The notes: generated by a model from the letters alone, not told the origin. 64,000 nt of DNA from Phaeosaccion multiseriatum (GCA_965112735.1 OZ218957.1:992001-1056000); one strand, 5' to 3'; counted from the stretch's first letter, positions 14,189 to 28,889 are shown. A program made the numbers and translations.

Positions 14189-16275
14189 CTACACCTGGCC
14201 GTTCATAGCCGCAATCTGGTACTGCTCCCACTCATTGAATCGAATGTATCCGTTCCCGTCGTGGTCCATGTCTCCAAAGCTGGGAAGGTCCACGTCACGG
14301 ATCTCTGCAGAGTGCGGACGCGTAAGAAAGCCGGAGAGAGAGCCACAGAGAGAGAGAGAGAGAGGAAAGTCAGTGCCGCGAGAAAAACAGTGGGGCAAGC
14401 AAGGACGTGAGTTGTTAGAAGGCAGACTACACACTTGCCGCCAACCAAACGACAGATCTGTCCATCTCTTGGTTCTCCTAAGCTCGAATACGTAGCTGCC
14501 TTAGGAAACCTTCAATCCTCCCTCACCCACAACCTCGTCAAAGCGTACCATACCCAAGCCCACCTTACCCCACCCTACCCAATCTCACTCACCCCACCCA
14601 CCACCCCACCACCCCACCCCACACCCATCCATCCCACCCTATCCCACCCACCTGGATGTAGTGACTTGTACTTCTTCATGTAGTCGTTGAACTCTGTCCG
14701 GCTAATGAGGTTGTCGTTGTTCACATCGGGCAGTTTGTACAGCAGCTGCTCCAGCTGCTCAATGGTGTTGGCCGCTTGCACGAGGGCGTAGTGGTGTTGC
14801 TGCAGACAGGCGGAAGGGAGGAGGGGGGGGAGGAGGGGGAGGGGAGGGCAGTGGAGAGACGGCAGTGGACGAAGGGAGAGGGTGGGTGAGCAACTTGTGG
14901 TGACGACAGGGGGTCGAGTGGAGTGCAGAGGAGGCAAACCCTTCCTCAGTGCACCCGCCCACGCCACGACCGCTCCTTGCAGCCAACAGTCGCTACGCTA
15001 ATGTACAAAGTTGTGGTGCGCATACAGCAGAATAGTCCATATTGACCAGACAGACCAGACAAAAACAGAGCAAGTACGAGAGAGACAGTGATAGAGAGAC
15101 TCACGTTGATCTCGTCGTCGTATATGTCGATTAGCCGGTCCAATTGCTGATGGTACTGCTGGTACAGCTTTTCCATCTGCGCCTTCTGATCCTTTTTCAG
15201 CTTCTTCTCCTTTCCTCTAGAGAAAAAAAGCTGCGTACGGATTGAAGGGTTGAGTGGGGGGCGAACGAGACAAGAAAAGAAGTAGGACTGAGGGGTGAGG
15301 TGGAGCGCAGTCACAAAGTCCATCTGCGCAAGAGTACACAGCCCAAGGATTCGCCAAAACGGAAAAGATCTACAAGCAGGTACGCGAGCGAGAAAGCCCC
15401 TTTGTCCCACCGCACAATACCCGGACAATCCTGCCCTCTCTGCCGCCACTAGTCACGCCTCGCGGCACACGTGCACATTGTGTTCCTTGGGAGGAGCGCC
15501 CTTGAAACCACCGAACAGCGAAGCACGCACCTTGCACCCTACGTACGATACCACTGTTGCCGCCGCAAAAGCCCACACACCCCCCCCACTGCGCCGTCCA
15601 GGTTGAGGTCCAGGTCGAATGCAATGCAAGCACATTTGAGGAGGAGGGACGGGAAAGGCAGCAGCAGAGTTGATGAGGGATGGGCAGGTATCCGAAATAC
15701 TTGAGGACAGCGAGAGGTGCGAGGTTGGCACGTGGCATCAGCCAGTCCCTTGAAATGCATGAGTATGATTAAAACACCACACCCCATTGCTGAACATGAG
15801 TTGCCCACGACTAGCGGCAGGGCTAATGAGCACAGCTCCTTCACATCCATCCTTCCTTCCTTCCTTCTATCTACTCTTCTGCCGGGGCCAAGGGGGAGCT
15901 CAGCGTCTAGCCGAGGAGTCTCCAGCACTCCAGCACCTGGCCTCTCCTCGACGCGCCACTTGGCGACACATGCATCTCCCTCAATACTCTGGTCCCAGGC
16001 CTCGCCAAGCACGCCCACGGAGGGACATAAGGATCTCAATGAAATAATCCTGGCCTAGCCCTTTTCCCGTCACCAAGCCAGCAGCGATGCGTGTGCTCCC
16101 CCACAAAAGCAGCAACAAAAGAGTCGTTCCCCAGTTTCCCTCACCTTTTTGCCTCTACTTCTCCCCTGCCCCCCCTCCCTCCTCCTCCTCCTGGTGGCGG
16201 AGGGCCCCACTCTGCCTGCACTTGCCGTGGCAAGCTTTGGCACGCCGCGCAAAGGACCAACAACCTGAGCTTCAT
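14189..16275 (-). CDS. Putative secreted/ER-lumenal two-EF-hand Ca-binding protein (3' end uncertain; may splice on to AKSE* at 14001)
   Basis: Exon 1 (16275-16145) gives signal-like MKLRLLVLCAACQSL. It joins in phase to GKEKKLKKDQKAQMEKLYQQ. EF-hand loops DVNNDNLISRTE and DHDGNGYIRFNE. Confidence 0.7.
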
Positions 16276-16476
16276 GAGCAAAACGTGTGTGGATGGGGCA
16301 GGGGAGAGAGAGAGGAGCATTTGGAAGCATACGTAGTTTTCCCGAGGGGTGAGCGTTACTTTTCTACTTTCCCACCAAAACACCTTCCTAGCCCTCCTAG
16401 CGGCAAATGACAGACGCACCCGCCTCTGCTGCGCCCGCGTCCTCCGCTCAAGATGTGGGGGCACCAGCGCCCGAAG

Positions 16477-17529
16477 ATGGGGAAGCGTCGGCGCGCGGCA
16501 ACGCAGAAGAAGATCCAAATCTATCGTGAGTGTGGAGTCCTCCTCCTCCCCCTTCTCCTCGTCCTTGATCTCATCGTCTTCCTCCTGTCTCTTGTCAACT
16601 CTTGGTCTTGGCTATGACAAAAAAGGAAGAAGCCCAGGACAGCCATGCCCGACAACCAAAAGGAGCTTAACGAGATTCTACACAAGGTGAGGCAAAACAA
16701 GAGATCAGAGCAAAGTGAGCAGTGGTTCGTTTGCTCACTCCATTTCGCTGCCTACAGGGTCTCAGCACACCCCCCCTGGCTCCATGGACTCAGCCGTCCC
16801 CACTCTTCCCCAAATCAACCGAATCACTCTGGCTGCTCCCCCTCGCTCCGCTCCTTTCTTCGGGCTCTTTGGCCCGGCTGGTCACGCAGGATACAGTCTA
16901 TGTGAACATAAAGCTATCTACCATCGACGCAGACGCCCGGAAGAAAGAAAAGGAGGCAAAGCTCGCCAAGGAGCAACAAAAGGTGGCGACGCTGAAGGAG
17001 AAGCTGCAAGGCATAGACCGGTACTGTCGCGTCCTCGTGGACATTTCCAACATCACTGCGAGCTGGCTGCGGCTAGGCTACAGTCTGGGGGAGGGCCTAC
17101 TGAACAACAACCAAGTCACGCTCCGAGTGGAAAAGACGGCACGGATCAGCGACCTGGAGACTGCCCTGAAGAGTACTCTGCTCATCGCCGCGGAGGTAAG
17201 AGAGAATGGAGGACACTGAGGAGAGGAGAAAGGAGTGTGCAGCGTCCGCGCATGCTCAATTAATCGGGCAGCAAAAATCAGTGTTAACCATTCCATTTGT
17301 CTTGTCGTTACTCTCTTGCCCTGCCCTTTGGTGCGACTGATTGCCACTACCACCACAGGAGAGCAGTGACATGGAACAGATCGCCTCCTGCTTGGCTTAC
17401 AGAGGCGTCTTGTGGACGGATGAGAAGATGCTTCCCTTGCTGCCCACGTCCTGGGTCATGGAAAAGAGCAAGCGAAACACCAGACAGCCCTACGCCGCCG
17501 TGCTCTGGGCAGGGTGGAGAGACCGATAA
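16477..17529 (+). CDS. Hypothetical protein (coiled coil, possible ubiquitin-like C-terminal part)
   Basis: Four in-phase GT-AG exons: MGKRRRAATQKKIQIY|RKKPRTAMPDNQKELNEILHK|DTVYVNIKLSTID...VTLRVEKTARISDLETALK...AAE|ESSDMEQIASCLAYRGVLW...RDR*. Confidence 0.6.
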
Positions 17530-18191
17530 GTGATGGGCGACGAGGAGCGAGACCGGCCTGCCTCACGAGGCTAGCCTGCGTCCTCCCACACCGCGACAGA
17601 AGACAAATGACGTGTGTGATAGACCAGCCCGCTGCGCCCCAACTCCAAGCAGCGGGCGACGGTTCCTCCGAGGGAAAGCCCTCCCTCTCGCCTTTTAGCC
17701 TGCTATGGCACTCTCTTCACCTGCAGCCCACCGCAGCTTTCGGTCCTCTGCAGCGAGCGCTTGCTCGGTAGAGCCGACACGGGGTATCCTCCGTCCTTTT
17801 GTGGCATGAGTTTCCCTTCCTATGCCTACACGTGTCCTCCTCTGGCCCTTTGATGGAAGATGTGGGCTCAAGTCGTCAAAGCGCCTTCCAAAGCGCCCAG
17901 GGAAGGCGCTCCACAGCACTAGAGGAAACCCTTCGCGAAACGAATAAGATGAGAACTGTGCACGAGCTGTGCGTGCACAGCGCCGACCGACGAGTAGCGT
18001 ACGTAGCACAGGCCCACGTGTGCTTGAGAAGCGCCCCATACCGCGCTCCACGCTCCTGCTTCTGGGTAGCAGCTGAAAGGGCGGCAGAGGGGCTGGGGAG
18101 GGCGCGGCGCCTGCCCCGACCTGGCTAGCCCCCCCCCCCCCCCCCACGTCGCCTTAGGCCCAAAGCTAATAGTAACCGTATACATAATCGC

Positions 18192-20034
<1,843 letters not shown>

Positions 20035-20418
20035 TACATTTGGCTGGCAAGCCTCTCTCTCTCTCTCTCTCTCTCTCTCGCTCGCTGTCTCGCTCCCTGT
20101 CTCTCCCCCGCGCTCTTCCCGCCTTGAGGAAGGTTTCTATTTTCCCCTCTCTCTCTCTCTCTCTCTTCACTCGCTTTCTCTCTCCCTGTCTCTCTGTATG
20201 CCTCTCTCTCCCCGTCTCTTGGTGTCCTGCCTCTCTCTCTCTCTCTCCTCTCCCTCTCCCTCTCCCTTGTTTTGTTGTGCCGGAAGGAGAAATTGTCGTT
20301 AAAAACGTCATACGGTAAGAAAAGCCCTGCTAAGAGGAAGAAGGAAAAAGTAAGCTTACGTAATGGTTCGCGTCTGTGGAGTCCACAGCCATAAACAAAC
20401 AAAAAGCAAAAAGCAACA

Positions 20419-21810
20419 ATGGCGAAGACTAAGGCTGCGAAGACCAAGAAGTCTAAGAAGGAGGCACCTCCTCCTCCTCCCAGCTCGAGCAGCGATAGCA
20501 GCGACTCCTCGGATGACAGCAGCGAGGACGAGGTGAAGGTGGCCACCAAAGTCACCACCACCACCAAAAAGGTGGTGGTGAAGAAGAAGGCCGAGTCCAG
20601 CAGTGACGACAGTAGCTCTGACAGCGACAGCGACAGCGACGATGAGAAGAAGGCGCCCGCAAAGGTGGCGGCGAAGCCAGCGGCCACCAAGAAGGACGAC
20701 TCCAGCAGCTCGGACAGCGACAGCAGCTCGGACGAGGAGGAGCCAGTGAAGGCCAAGCCCGCGGCCAAGAAGGTGGCAGCGAAGGCGAAGGAGTCGGATT
20801 CTTCCAGTAGTAGTAGTAGCGATGACTCCAGTGATGACGACGACGACGAGGAGGAGAAGGAGGAGGAGGAGAAGAAGAAGAAGCCCGCGGCTAAGGCTAA
20901 GCCCGCGGCGGTGGCTGAGAAGGACTCAGACTCCAGCAGCAGCGACAGCGATAGCAGCGACAGCGATGACGACGACGAGAAGGAGGAGAAGAAGAAGCCG
21001 GCCAAGCGCTCGGCGGACGAGATGGGCAATGGGGAGGGGGGGGAGGCCAAGAAGGCCAAAATGGTGGAGGAGGACGAGGCAGAGCGAAAGGTGTTCCTCA
21101 AAGGCCTGCCCTGGACGGCCGGGGAGGACGAGATTCGCAGCTTTTTAGCTTCCGCCGGGGAGGTCGGGGCGGTGGAGCAGCCCCTGAACGACGACGGGAG
21201 ATCCTCAGGCACTGCCTTTGTCACCTTCGGAACGTCGGCAGAGGCGCAGGCGGCGGTGGCCTTGTCGGGAGGAGATTTGGGGGGGCGGTGGATTCAGGTC
21301 ATGCTGGCCTCGGAGAAACCAGCTGCGCGCAACTTTGGGGCAACCAAGGAGCGGCCGGAGGGCTGCACGACGGTCTTTATTGGCAATTTGGCGTACGACA
21401 TTGACGAGGAGTCAGTGAGAGAGGCGTTTGGGGTGTGCGGTGATATTAAGACCGTTCGGTTCGGCACAGATAGGGAAACGGGAGAGTTCAGGGGCTTCGG
21501 ACACGTGGAGTTTTACGATGGTGAGCATACGGACGCAGCAGTCGCGCTGGCAGGAGAGTACCTCATGAACCGCCCACTCAAGGTGGACTATGCTGCCCCT
21601 CGAGCGCCAAGGGAGTTTGATGGGGGAGGGGGAGGGGGTCGAGGGGGAGGAGGCCGAGGAGGGCGGGGAGGGGGAAGGGGAGGGGGAAGGGGAGGAGGCA
21701 GGGGAGGTGGCAGGGGAGGAGGAGGGGGCAGAGGAGGAGGAGGGGCTCCGGGAAAGGCAAAGCAGTCGGTGCAAGACTTTCAGGGCACGAAGGTCACTTT
21801 TGATGATTGA
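20419..21810 (+). CDS. Nucleolin-like protein (NSR1/Gar2 type), single exon
   Basis: Alternating acidic Ser/Asp and basic Lys/Ala tracts, two RRMs (KVFLKGLPW...GTAFVTF; TVFIGNLAY...RGFGHVEF), an RGG/GAR domain and C-terminal GTKVTFDD. Confidence 0.92.
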   Translation: MAKTKAAKTKKSKKEAPPPPPSSSSDSSDSSDDSSEDEVKVATKVTTTTKKVVVKKKAESSSDDSSSDSDSDSDDEKKAPAKVAAKPAATKKDDSSSSDSDSSSDEEEPVKAKPAAKKVAAKAKESDSSSSSSSDDSSDDDDDEEEKEEEEKKKKPAAKAKPAAVAEKDSDSSSSDSDSSDSDDDDEKEEKKKPAKRSADEMGNGEGGEAKKAKMVEEDEAERKVFLKGLPWTAGEDEIRSFLASAGEVGAVEQPLNDDGRSSGTAFVTFGTSAEAQAAVALSGGDLGGRWIQVMLASEKPAARNFGATKERPEGCTTVFIGNLAYDIDEESVREAFGVCGDIKTVRFGTDRETGEFRGFGHVEFYDGEHTDAAVALAGEYLMNRPLKVDYAAPRAPREFDGGGGGGRGGGGRGGRGGGRGGGRGGGRGGGRGGGGGRGGGGAPGKAKQSVQDFQGTKVTFDD

Positions 21811-22023
21811 GTAGGCAGTAATGACAATAGCAGTAGTAAACAGTATATTGGGATTGGAGGGGGGGGATGACACCCAGGAAATGAAATTGAAGACTTCTAA
21901 TCTAGAGAAGAAAAAATACTGTGCAGGGCTTTGTTTGCCCCCCCGACGCGGCCCGACGCAAACCCTTCCACCTCCACGCCGGCGTAAAGTAAACAGTCCT
22001 CCCTCCAACCTCACGTGTTGGTT

Positions 22024-23946
22024 CTACACCAGCTCTTGCTCAAAGTCGTCGGCGTCGACAAGCACAATCTTGTAACCGTCAGGGTCCCTTACGGCCGTAA
22101 TCTTGGTACCAATGCCGGGCACCGGGCCGGGCTCCCTGGTGACCTCGAAGCCCGCTTCCCGGATGAAGTCCGCGGCCTTGTACACGTCAGGCGTGCTCAC
22201 CGCGATTTGTCCGTAGGCGTCTCCTTGCTTGATCTGCAGAGCGCACACAGGCGCAGAGTAGAGGTGGGGGGGGGGAGGGGGGGAGGGGGGAAGGGGGGAT
22301 TAGCGCGGGTGCCTGCCGCGGGGCTTTTAACCTTGCCCGTGGGCCACGTCAAGCCGCAGAATCATGAGAGCGTAAGGCCGCAAGCAAGCCGCAAGCAAGC
22401 CCCTCCCTCCACTCCCAGGCGCCTGCCTGCCTGCCTGCCTGCCGCTCCAGCCTCGCCGGCCAAACTTCCTTCACTTGCCCCTCGCCCACTCCCCGCCACT
22501 AGCCAGTACTCGCCTTGTCTCTGGCGTACTCATAGACCAGCTCCACCACGGCCCCCTCCCCCTCGTCCGTGCCATACCCCAGCGTGGCTCGGAACTCGGG
22601 CGCCACAGGCACGTAGGAGCGCTTGCGGAACAGCGTCATGCCCAGGGCCTGCGAGAGGGGAGAGAGGAGAGAGAAGGAGAGGGGGAGGGGCACGAGAGGG
22701 AGAGAGAGGAGAGAGAAGGAGAGGGGTACGAGAGGAGAGAGCGGAGAGGGGGGGGTGAGAGTGAGCGCCAGTGAGAGCGGGAGTGTGCCTGGGGCTCTGT
22801 GCTCTGCCGGAGAACGTAGAGGGTCAGTCAAGCTTGTTGCCCTCTCTCTCCATGTTCCTCCACATATATTTCCCTCTCTGTGTCTCTCTTCTCTTCCTTT
22901 CTCTCTCTCCTCTTTCACTCTCTCTCTCGACAACCACACCTTTTGGTAAAACTCAATGGACTTGTCCAGGTCCAAAACGTTGATGGACACAAGCGCCACG
23001 GGGTCTCGCTGCTGTTTCTCCACCACCTGAATGGTGTAGCCATCTGGATCTGACACCTTGTAGTTTGTCTCTATCGTGACGGTCTTGGGATCCTCATCGG
23101 GGACGAGGCTGGCCCCCAGCTCCAGGTCAGCGGGTCCGAATACCGTCTTTGCTCCATTGGCCTCAGCCGCCTTGGTTATCTTCTTCATGTCGGGCATGTT
23201 CAGCCCAATGCCGCGGAAGCCATCACCCAAGTCGTACTCTGTCACGCCGTAGTTGTAGGTAAACTCAATGCTAAAGTGCTCTCCCTTGGACTCGGTGCCG
23301 TAGCCGACAAACGCATTGCTGTACTTCTCCTCCGGCACGTCTCTGCTGCGCAACACCTCCATGCCCAGCACCTTTGTGTAAAACTCCACGGCCTTGTCCA
23401 TGTCGCCCACTCGATAAACCACGTGCAGCATTTTGTTGTCGGCCATGGGGCCGTCTCCCTCCATGGCCATCATGCCCCTGCTGGTGGTGCTGCCACTACA
23501 TCTCCCACTGCTCCTGCTGCTGATCATGCTTCTTGCCCGACATGCCCTCTGGGCTCGCCAAAGCCCACCGCCGTTGCTGTTGGCAACTGTCAACGCCCAA
23601 ACATAATTCGCGGGACGAGATGCAAAGAGAGGGGGAGAGCGGGAGAGACGAGGGGGAGGAGCAGCGAAAAAAAGGGGGTGCGGGGCGTTAGCAACCGCCC
23701 ACCGCATGCAGCCACATCTCTGCGCAGTAAAGACTAACGAGGGGACATGACACGCTCCCAGACAAGTCCTCGGGCAGAGAAGGAAACAAGCCGCTTCATG
23801 TGTCAGGAACCGCCCTTGCCTTCCCTCCAGGAATCCTGCCGCTGCTGCTGCTCGGCAGGGCGCCCCAACTCACCAAAGCCATCGGCACACTGCTGCCTTA
23901 TTGTGCAGCAGACGAGTAGGACCAGTGCTGATGCTGTCACGTGCAT
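22024..23946 (-). CDS. Two-domain lactoylglutathione lyase (glyoxalase I), predicted complex-plastid targeted
   Basis: MLHVVYRVGDMDKAVEFYTKVLGM...FVGYG...IEFTYNYGV; DPDGYTI; second domain ends KITAVRDPDGYKIVLVD. Exon 1 (23946-23874) encodes signal peptide MHVTASALVLLVCCTIRQQCADG-F, spliced to a Ser/Arg-rich transit peptide. Confidence 0.92.
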
Positions 23947-24056
23947 CGCAGCTATTTTCTATGGCGAAGAGCCTTGAGTGAGGTGAGCCGGGCGCTACCC
24001 GATGCCGATATACCTCTAAATGTGGCCCTCCCAAGCCGCGCCCTATCTACACACAG

Positions 24057-25904
24057 ATGTGGAGATGCCCCAGGCTGCTGTCACTTAGCAGATGCTCAGG
24101 AGATCGCGTGTGTGGAGGCACAGACGGAGGCACTGTCTGGTACCTTGTGGTGGGCGCGTGTCGACGAAGAATGGCCTCGCTCGCGGCCGCGAGGGTGGAG
24201 AGTGGAGCCCAAATGTCCTACTCTGAGGCAAAGGACATTCTACTCGCGCCTCCCCCGCCGCTGCCCCCTCCCTCTCAAGAGCCAGACGATGAAGAAGGCC
24301 ACACTGCGGACGAGCGGCGTTGGCGGAAAAGGAAGGCATGGTTCGAGAGGCTCAACCTCTTGCCAGAGAGCGCCAAAGTCGTGCATGTGGCGGGAAGCAA
24401 GGGCAAAGGGAGCGTCGTAGAGCTGCTAAGGTGCGGTTTAATGCAGCTGCCACAGTCGCACACATCGACTCCGCAATTGGCCGCGTCCAAGGGCAAGGTC
24501 GGTGTGTTTACGAGCCCTCATTTGCACTCAGTCCGCGAGCGAATCCGAGTAGGAGATAGCTTGATTTCGCCCACGGACTTGGCCAGGCACACGCAGAGTC
24601 TACTGGGGGCGTTTGTGGAGTCCGGGACGGAGGAGTGGATCCTCTTCTTCGATCGCCTGCTAGCGGTGGCCTTGAAGCATTTCGCGGAGGAGCAATGTGA
24701 CTGGGTACGTATGAGAGGGAGGGAACGGCACCATATTCCATCACGAAAGTCTCTCTCTATCTCAAAACCCCATATCGTCCCCACACTATACAATGTGTCA
24801 TTCTTGTAGGTGGTGCTTGAGGTGGGCGTGGGGGGAAGGTACGACTCGACCAACCATGTGGACCCTTCCCGCGTGGCAGCGGCGGTCATCACCAGCGTCA
24901 GCATGGACCACCAAAACCTCCTGGGCAACACCCTCGCGGAGATCGCTTGGCAGAAGGGTGGTATCCTCAAACCCCGATGTGTCGCCTTTACTCCGGCCTC
25001 TCAGGCCCCGAGCGTGCTGCAGACGCTGTCGGAGATTAGCGAGCAGACTGGCGCAAAGCTGCAGATAGTCCCCACGGAGGCGAAGGAGGAGGAGGAGGAG
25101 GAGGGGGAGAGTGAGTCTGCATCTTCACCCTTGTATCCGGAGTGGGTGGTGCCCGAGAATGCCGAGCTCGCCTGCGCTGTGCTCTCGCACCTCTTTCCCG
25201 CCCAAGACCGAGCCTCCATACTGGCCACCATGGGCAGGGCTTTCTGGCCGGGTCGTTTTGAGCAATTCATGGTCCCCATTCCGCCTAGCAGCAGTGCAGT
25301 AAGTGAAGGGGAGAGCAGGAGTAGCAGCAGCAGCGATGACCGCCCCTGCAGAGTAATCATCGACGGAGCGCACAACCCGCACAGTATGCGCGCGCTGATG
25401 AACAGGGTGGTTCAGCAGTTCCCCGCAGCGAGAGTGCAGGTGGTGTTTGGCTGCTGCCAGGACAAGGCCATGGGGGACCTGCTGACCGTTCTGAAGCAGT
25501 TCGACCCGTCCTCGCCTCTCTTGCCTCCCCCTTACAGCGGCCCTCCCTCGTACCATGGCCTCGTGCTTGTTCGATTCGACCACCCTCGCTCTGCCAGCCC
25601 CCAGGCATTGGCAGAGCTTGTGCCGGGATACTGGGACGGGAGGAAGGGTAGGGGCGGCTCAGCAACTGCTTCTGGTACTACTGCGGACCCCAAGGGAAGA
25701 ACAGTCGCAGAGGGGATCGATTTCTCCCTGCTAAACGTCAGGGAGCAGCGGGAGCACGTCCGGCCGATTGGCGGGGCCGGGGCAAGAGAAGATGATGTGG
25801 TGGTGGTGTGTGGCTCGCTGTTTGTGGTGGCAGAGGCGAGAAAGCATCTTTTCAAGCTCTGCCCCGAGGCCTTTTCGAAAGACGACTGGGTTGCTGCGGA
25901 TTGA
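24057..25904 (+). CDS. folC: Dihydrofolate synthase / folylpolyglutamate synthase (FolC family)
   Basis: VVHVAGSKGKGS; FTSPHLHSVRERI; VLEVGVGGRYDSTN; ITSVSMDHQNLLGNTLAEIAWQKGGI; WPGRFE; IDGAHN; VCGSLFVVAE. One intron (~24705-24809). Start codon uncertain. Confidence 0.92.
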
Positions 25905-26970
25905 GCACTGAGCAGCGAAGTGAGGAGGCCTTCCTGTCTACTGCGCCTGCTGCAGGCGACAGAATGACGCGGCTCTTTACTCTTTACAAACAGGTGCACT
26001 CCTGTCGAGGGCTCTCCAGTGGTGGGTGCGTCCCTTGTGCAGCCTTTCTGCAGCTGCAAGGCAACGCCACCTGATTGAAGCCTCTTTCCGTGTGACCGCA
26101 TCCAGAAATTGGACGCAGCTGTGGCTGTGTGACTTGTGTGTAAGTCGGAGAGGGCGGTGCTCGCGTCCCACCTCAAGAGGAGAGGACCGGCGGACAGAAG
26201 GAGACTCGACTCACCCCACTGGGATCGCAGCACACTCGGAGCGCACTTTTGCCCTTTGCAGGGGAGACGTGCACGTATGGGAAGGAGGCAAGGCGAGGGG
26301 TGGGGTGGGCGGGAAAGACACACTGCAGGCAGCAGGGAGTTGAGGGAAGGGAACCACCGCATCACAGCCGAGAGAAGGGGGGTGGGAGTACGGCACCATG
26401 GCAACGCCTCCCTCTCTCCCTCTCTCGGCTGTTTCGCTGTGGCCCCCTTTCCTGACCTCCCTGCTGGGCCTCCGTTCCTAGCGGCCTTTGGCTGGAGTCG
26501 CCAGCCCTCGCTGTTTCCGCTTCCGCCACTTCCTTCTGCCGTGCCTGCACATGGCTGTCTCGGCCCATATCAGACAGGACTTTCCCACAGGTCGGAACAC
26601 CAGGGCCCTGGGTAGTTTTGCTTGCCCGACCCCTTCTTTGCGCCAAAGGCCAACAATGATCAGTCAATCCAGAGTGATCGGGTGAGATCCGAGGAGGTGA
26701 GGCGCCGACACAAAGGGGCGTGTTTGCCTTGGGTGTGGAGCCAATACCCAAGTTGCCGCCACCTCCTCGCACGGCAGAGGCGGCCTCAGCGAGGCAGCCG
26801 CGGAGGATTGGGGCTGCTTCAAACGATCAAACCGCTCTGTGTGATACAGGCTTCGGGAAGTGATTACTTGACGTGACATGGGTTGTATTGATAAGTATCA
26901 GATGAGAATCTACAATTCACAAGCTTGCGGTAATCCAAGATGGCAATCCACCTTCACCGCCCCTCATTGG

Positions 26971-28889
26971 TCAACAGCAGTCCATACTGCTGCCGCCCTT
27001 GTCATCCCCTGGAGTGTCCAACTTCATACTCGCCCCTGTTCTCTCGTTGCTTCCATCCGCAGCCTGAAGTGAGGAGCCCGGCACAAGTGTGTTGGGCGAT
27101 AGCAGCAGTAGCAGTTGGTAATACAGCAGGGGGGGGGGGGGGAGGAGCCAAGAGAGCAGCGCAACCACAGAGGAAGAAGCATGAGACCAAACGCAATACA
27201 AACACACATTTCGTAGGCTCGCCTCGCTAAGGAAAGCAGTGCCAATGCTACGAGGGGACTCATTCACTCTAAGTATTCTAAACACCCCGCCCCTGCCCCA
27301 CACTCCATCTACTCACCTTCAATATCCTCCTGGTGAGCTCCTTGAAGGCATCTTCGACATTGTCCCCTGTCTTGGCCGAGGTCACCATGAAGCCCATGTC
27401 CCCACTGGTGGCGTACTCCCTGGCCTCATCCTCCGACACCACTGCCTCCATGTCGATCTTATTCCCAGTCACTGTCGCCACACAGCTGCAGCACAGGACA
27501 GGACAAGAACAGGACAGGGCCAGCAGGAGCCAAAAGAAGGGAGAGGAAGGGCAGGCGGGCAGAAACGTACGCAAGTACGCACAGAGAGGCAGTGTGGCGG
27601 CGGGTCTCTCGGGTCAAACAACACATGTGTACGGCTCTTGCTAGCCCTATGGGGCCTGCCAACCGCTGAGCCGCTGCAGGTCCTATAGAGAGCATTTCAG
27701 ACTGAACAAGGCCCTGCTGTGAGGGCTCCCCTGTCGGCACTTCCACATCCCTCTGCCCTGTGAATCTCATTCTCTCTTGGCGCTCACCATTTGTCGGCGT
27801 GTGCAAGCAAGTTCTTGCGCCAAGTCTCGAGGCTCGCAAAAGACTTGGCGTCGGTCACGTCATACACCAATAGCGCACCCTTCGCCTTTCGGTAGTAGGT
27901 CTGTGGGTGTGATGGGCGTACAGATGGGACAGTACAGTCAGTCAGCGCCCACACCCAGCGGGCAGAGTTGTGTCGGGCAAGTTTGCGTCCCGCTTGTTTG
28001 GCCCCTCCTCGCCTCCAAAGCCTTGGATTATTGGTAGTGACTCCCTTGTGGCCATTTCGTCCTCCTGCTTCTTCGCCTTCTCATCCTCCGTACCTTCATC
28101 ATCGACGCGTATCGCTCCTGTCCAGCTGTGTCCCAGATTTGTAACTTTACCGAAACACCGTCCACGTCCATCTTTTTTGTCATAAACTCTACCCCAATTG
28201 TGCTGCAGAGTTGGGCATTGAAGAGAGGGAGGGGGGAGAGAGGGGGGGTTGGCGGCGCAATGGGGAGGGGACCAGGCAACAGCAAGGACGGGCGTTGGTT
28301 GCACTCGAGCGGTAGGTAGGTGAGCAAACGGCTCCGGAACATTAAAGCGCAGAACCCTGCCAGCACTATGTTGGTTCAGCCCACCAGCAGGTAGGGCAGA
28401 CGAAACGCGAGCCACGCTGCTCCATGTCATGTCTTCCAGAAGGTGCTGGTCTTTCAGACCCAGATATGCAGCCAAGGAAACAGCAAAGCCAATCCTGCCG
28501 AATACAGCAATCACCCTGCCAGTTTCGAGCCCGCTGCAGCTACAGAACAGTGCTGCGTTGTCGGAGAGGGTCCTGTGTGGGACAAAGTGGGCTTCCCTCG
28601 TTCGCTCCCTTCTCAAAATGCTCTTCCAACTCAGCCTTTCCAAGCGAACGGGCAAGACTCTACCCGCCACAACGGAACATCCATTTCCCTAGTCAGCCCT
28701 GAACACAATAGCACAAGGGCAACCTGAGTAGCCTTGCTCCCCCACGCCTTTCGCGCTCCTCGCGTACCTCATAAAGTCCGAGCTAAATTCGTTGCTGTGG
28801 AACCGCGCTATAAGATTGCTCTTCCCTACCCCGCTATTCCCCAGCAACACAATCTTGATGGGCTCCGTGTCTTCTCCTGCCCCCGCCAT
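26971..28889 (-). CDS. Rab GTPase, Rab11-like (divergent)
   Basis: [14 protein letters not shown]; STIGVEF; WDTAGQERY; [13 protein letters not shown]; GNKID; TSAK; last exon ends ...SMDCC* (geranylgeranylation motif). Confidence 0.9.

Noticed and set aside
15539-16039. FKBP-like domain in the EF-hand gene
   Set aside because: Only vague resemblance; the key FKBP motifs are absent and exon 1 joins the 15217 exon in phase without it.
25920-26960. Several overlapping 60-160-aa ORFs between FolC and Rab
   Set aside because: No motifs or convincing exon structure; most likely convergent 3' UTRs.
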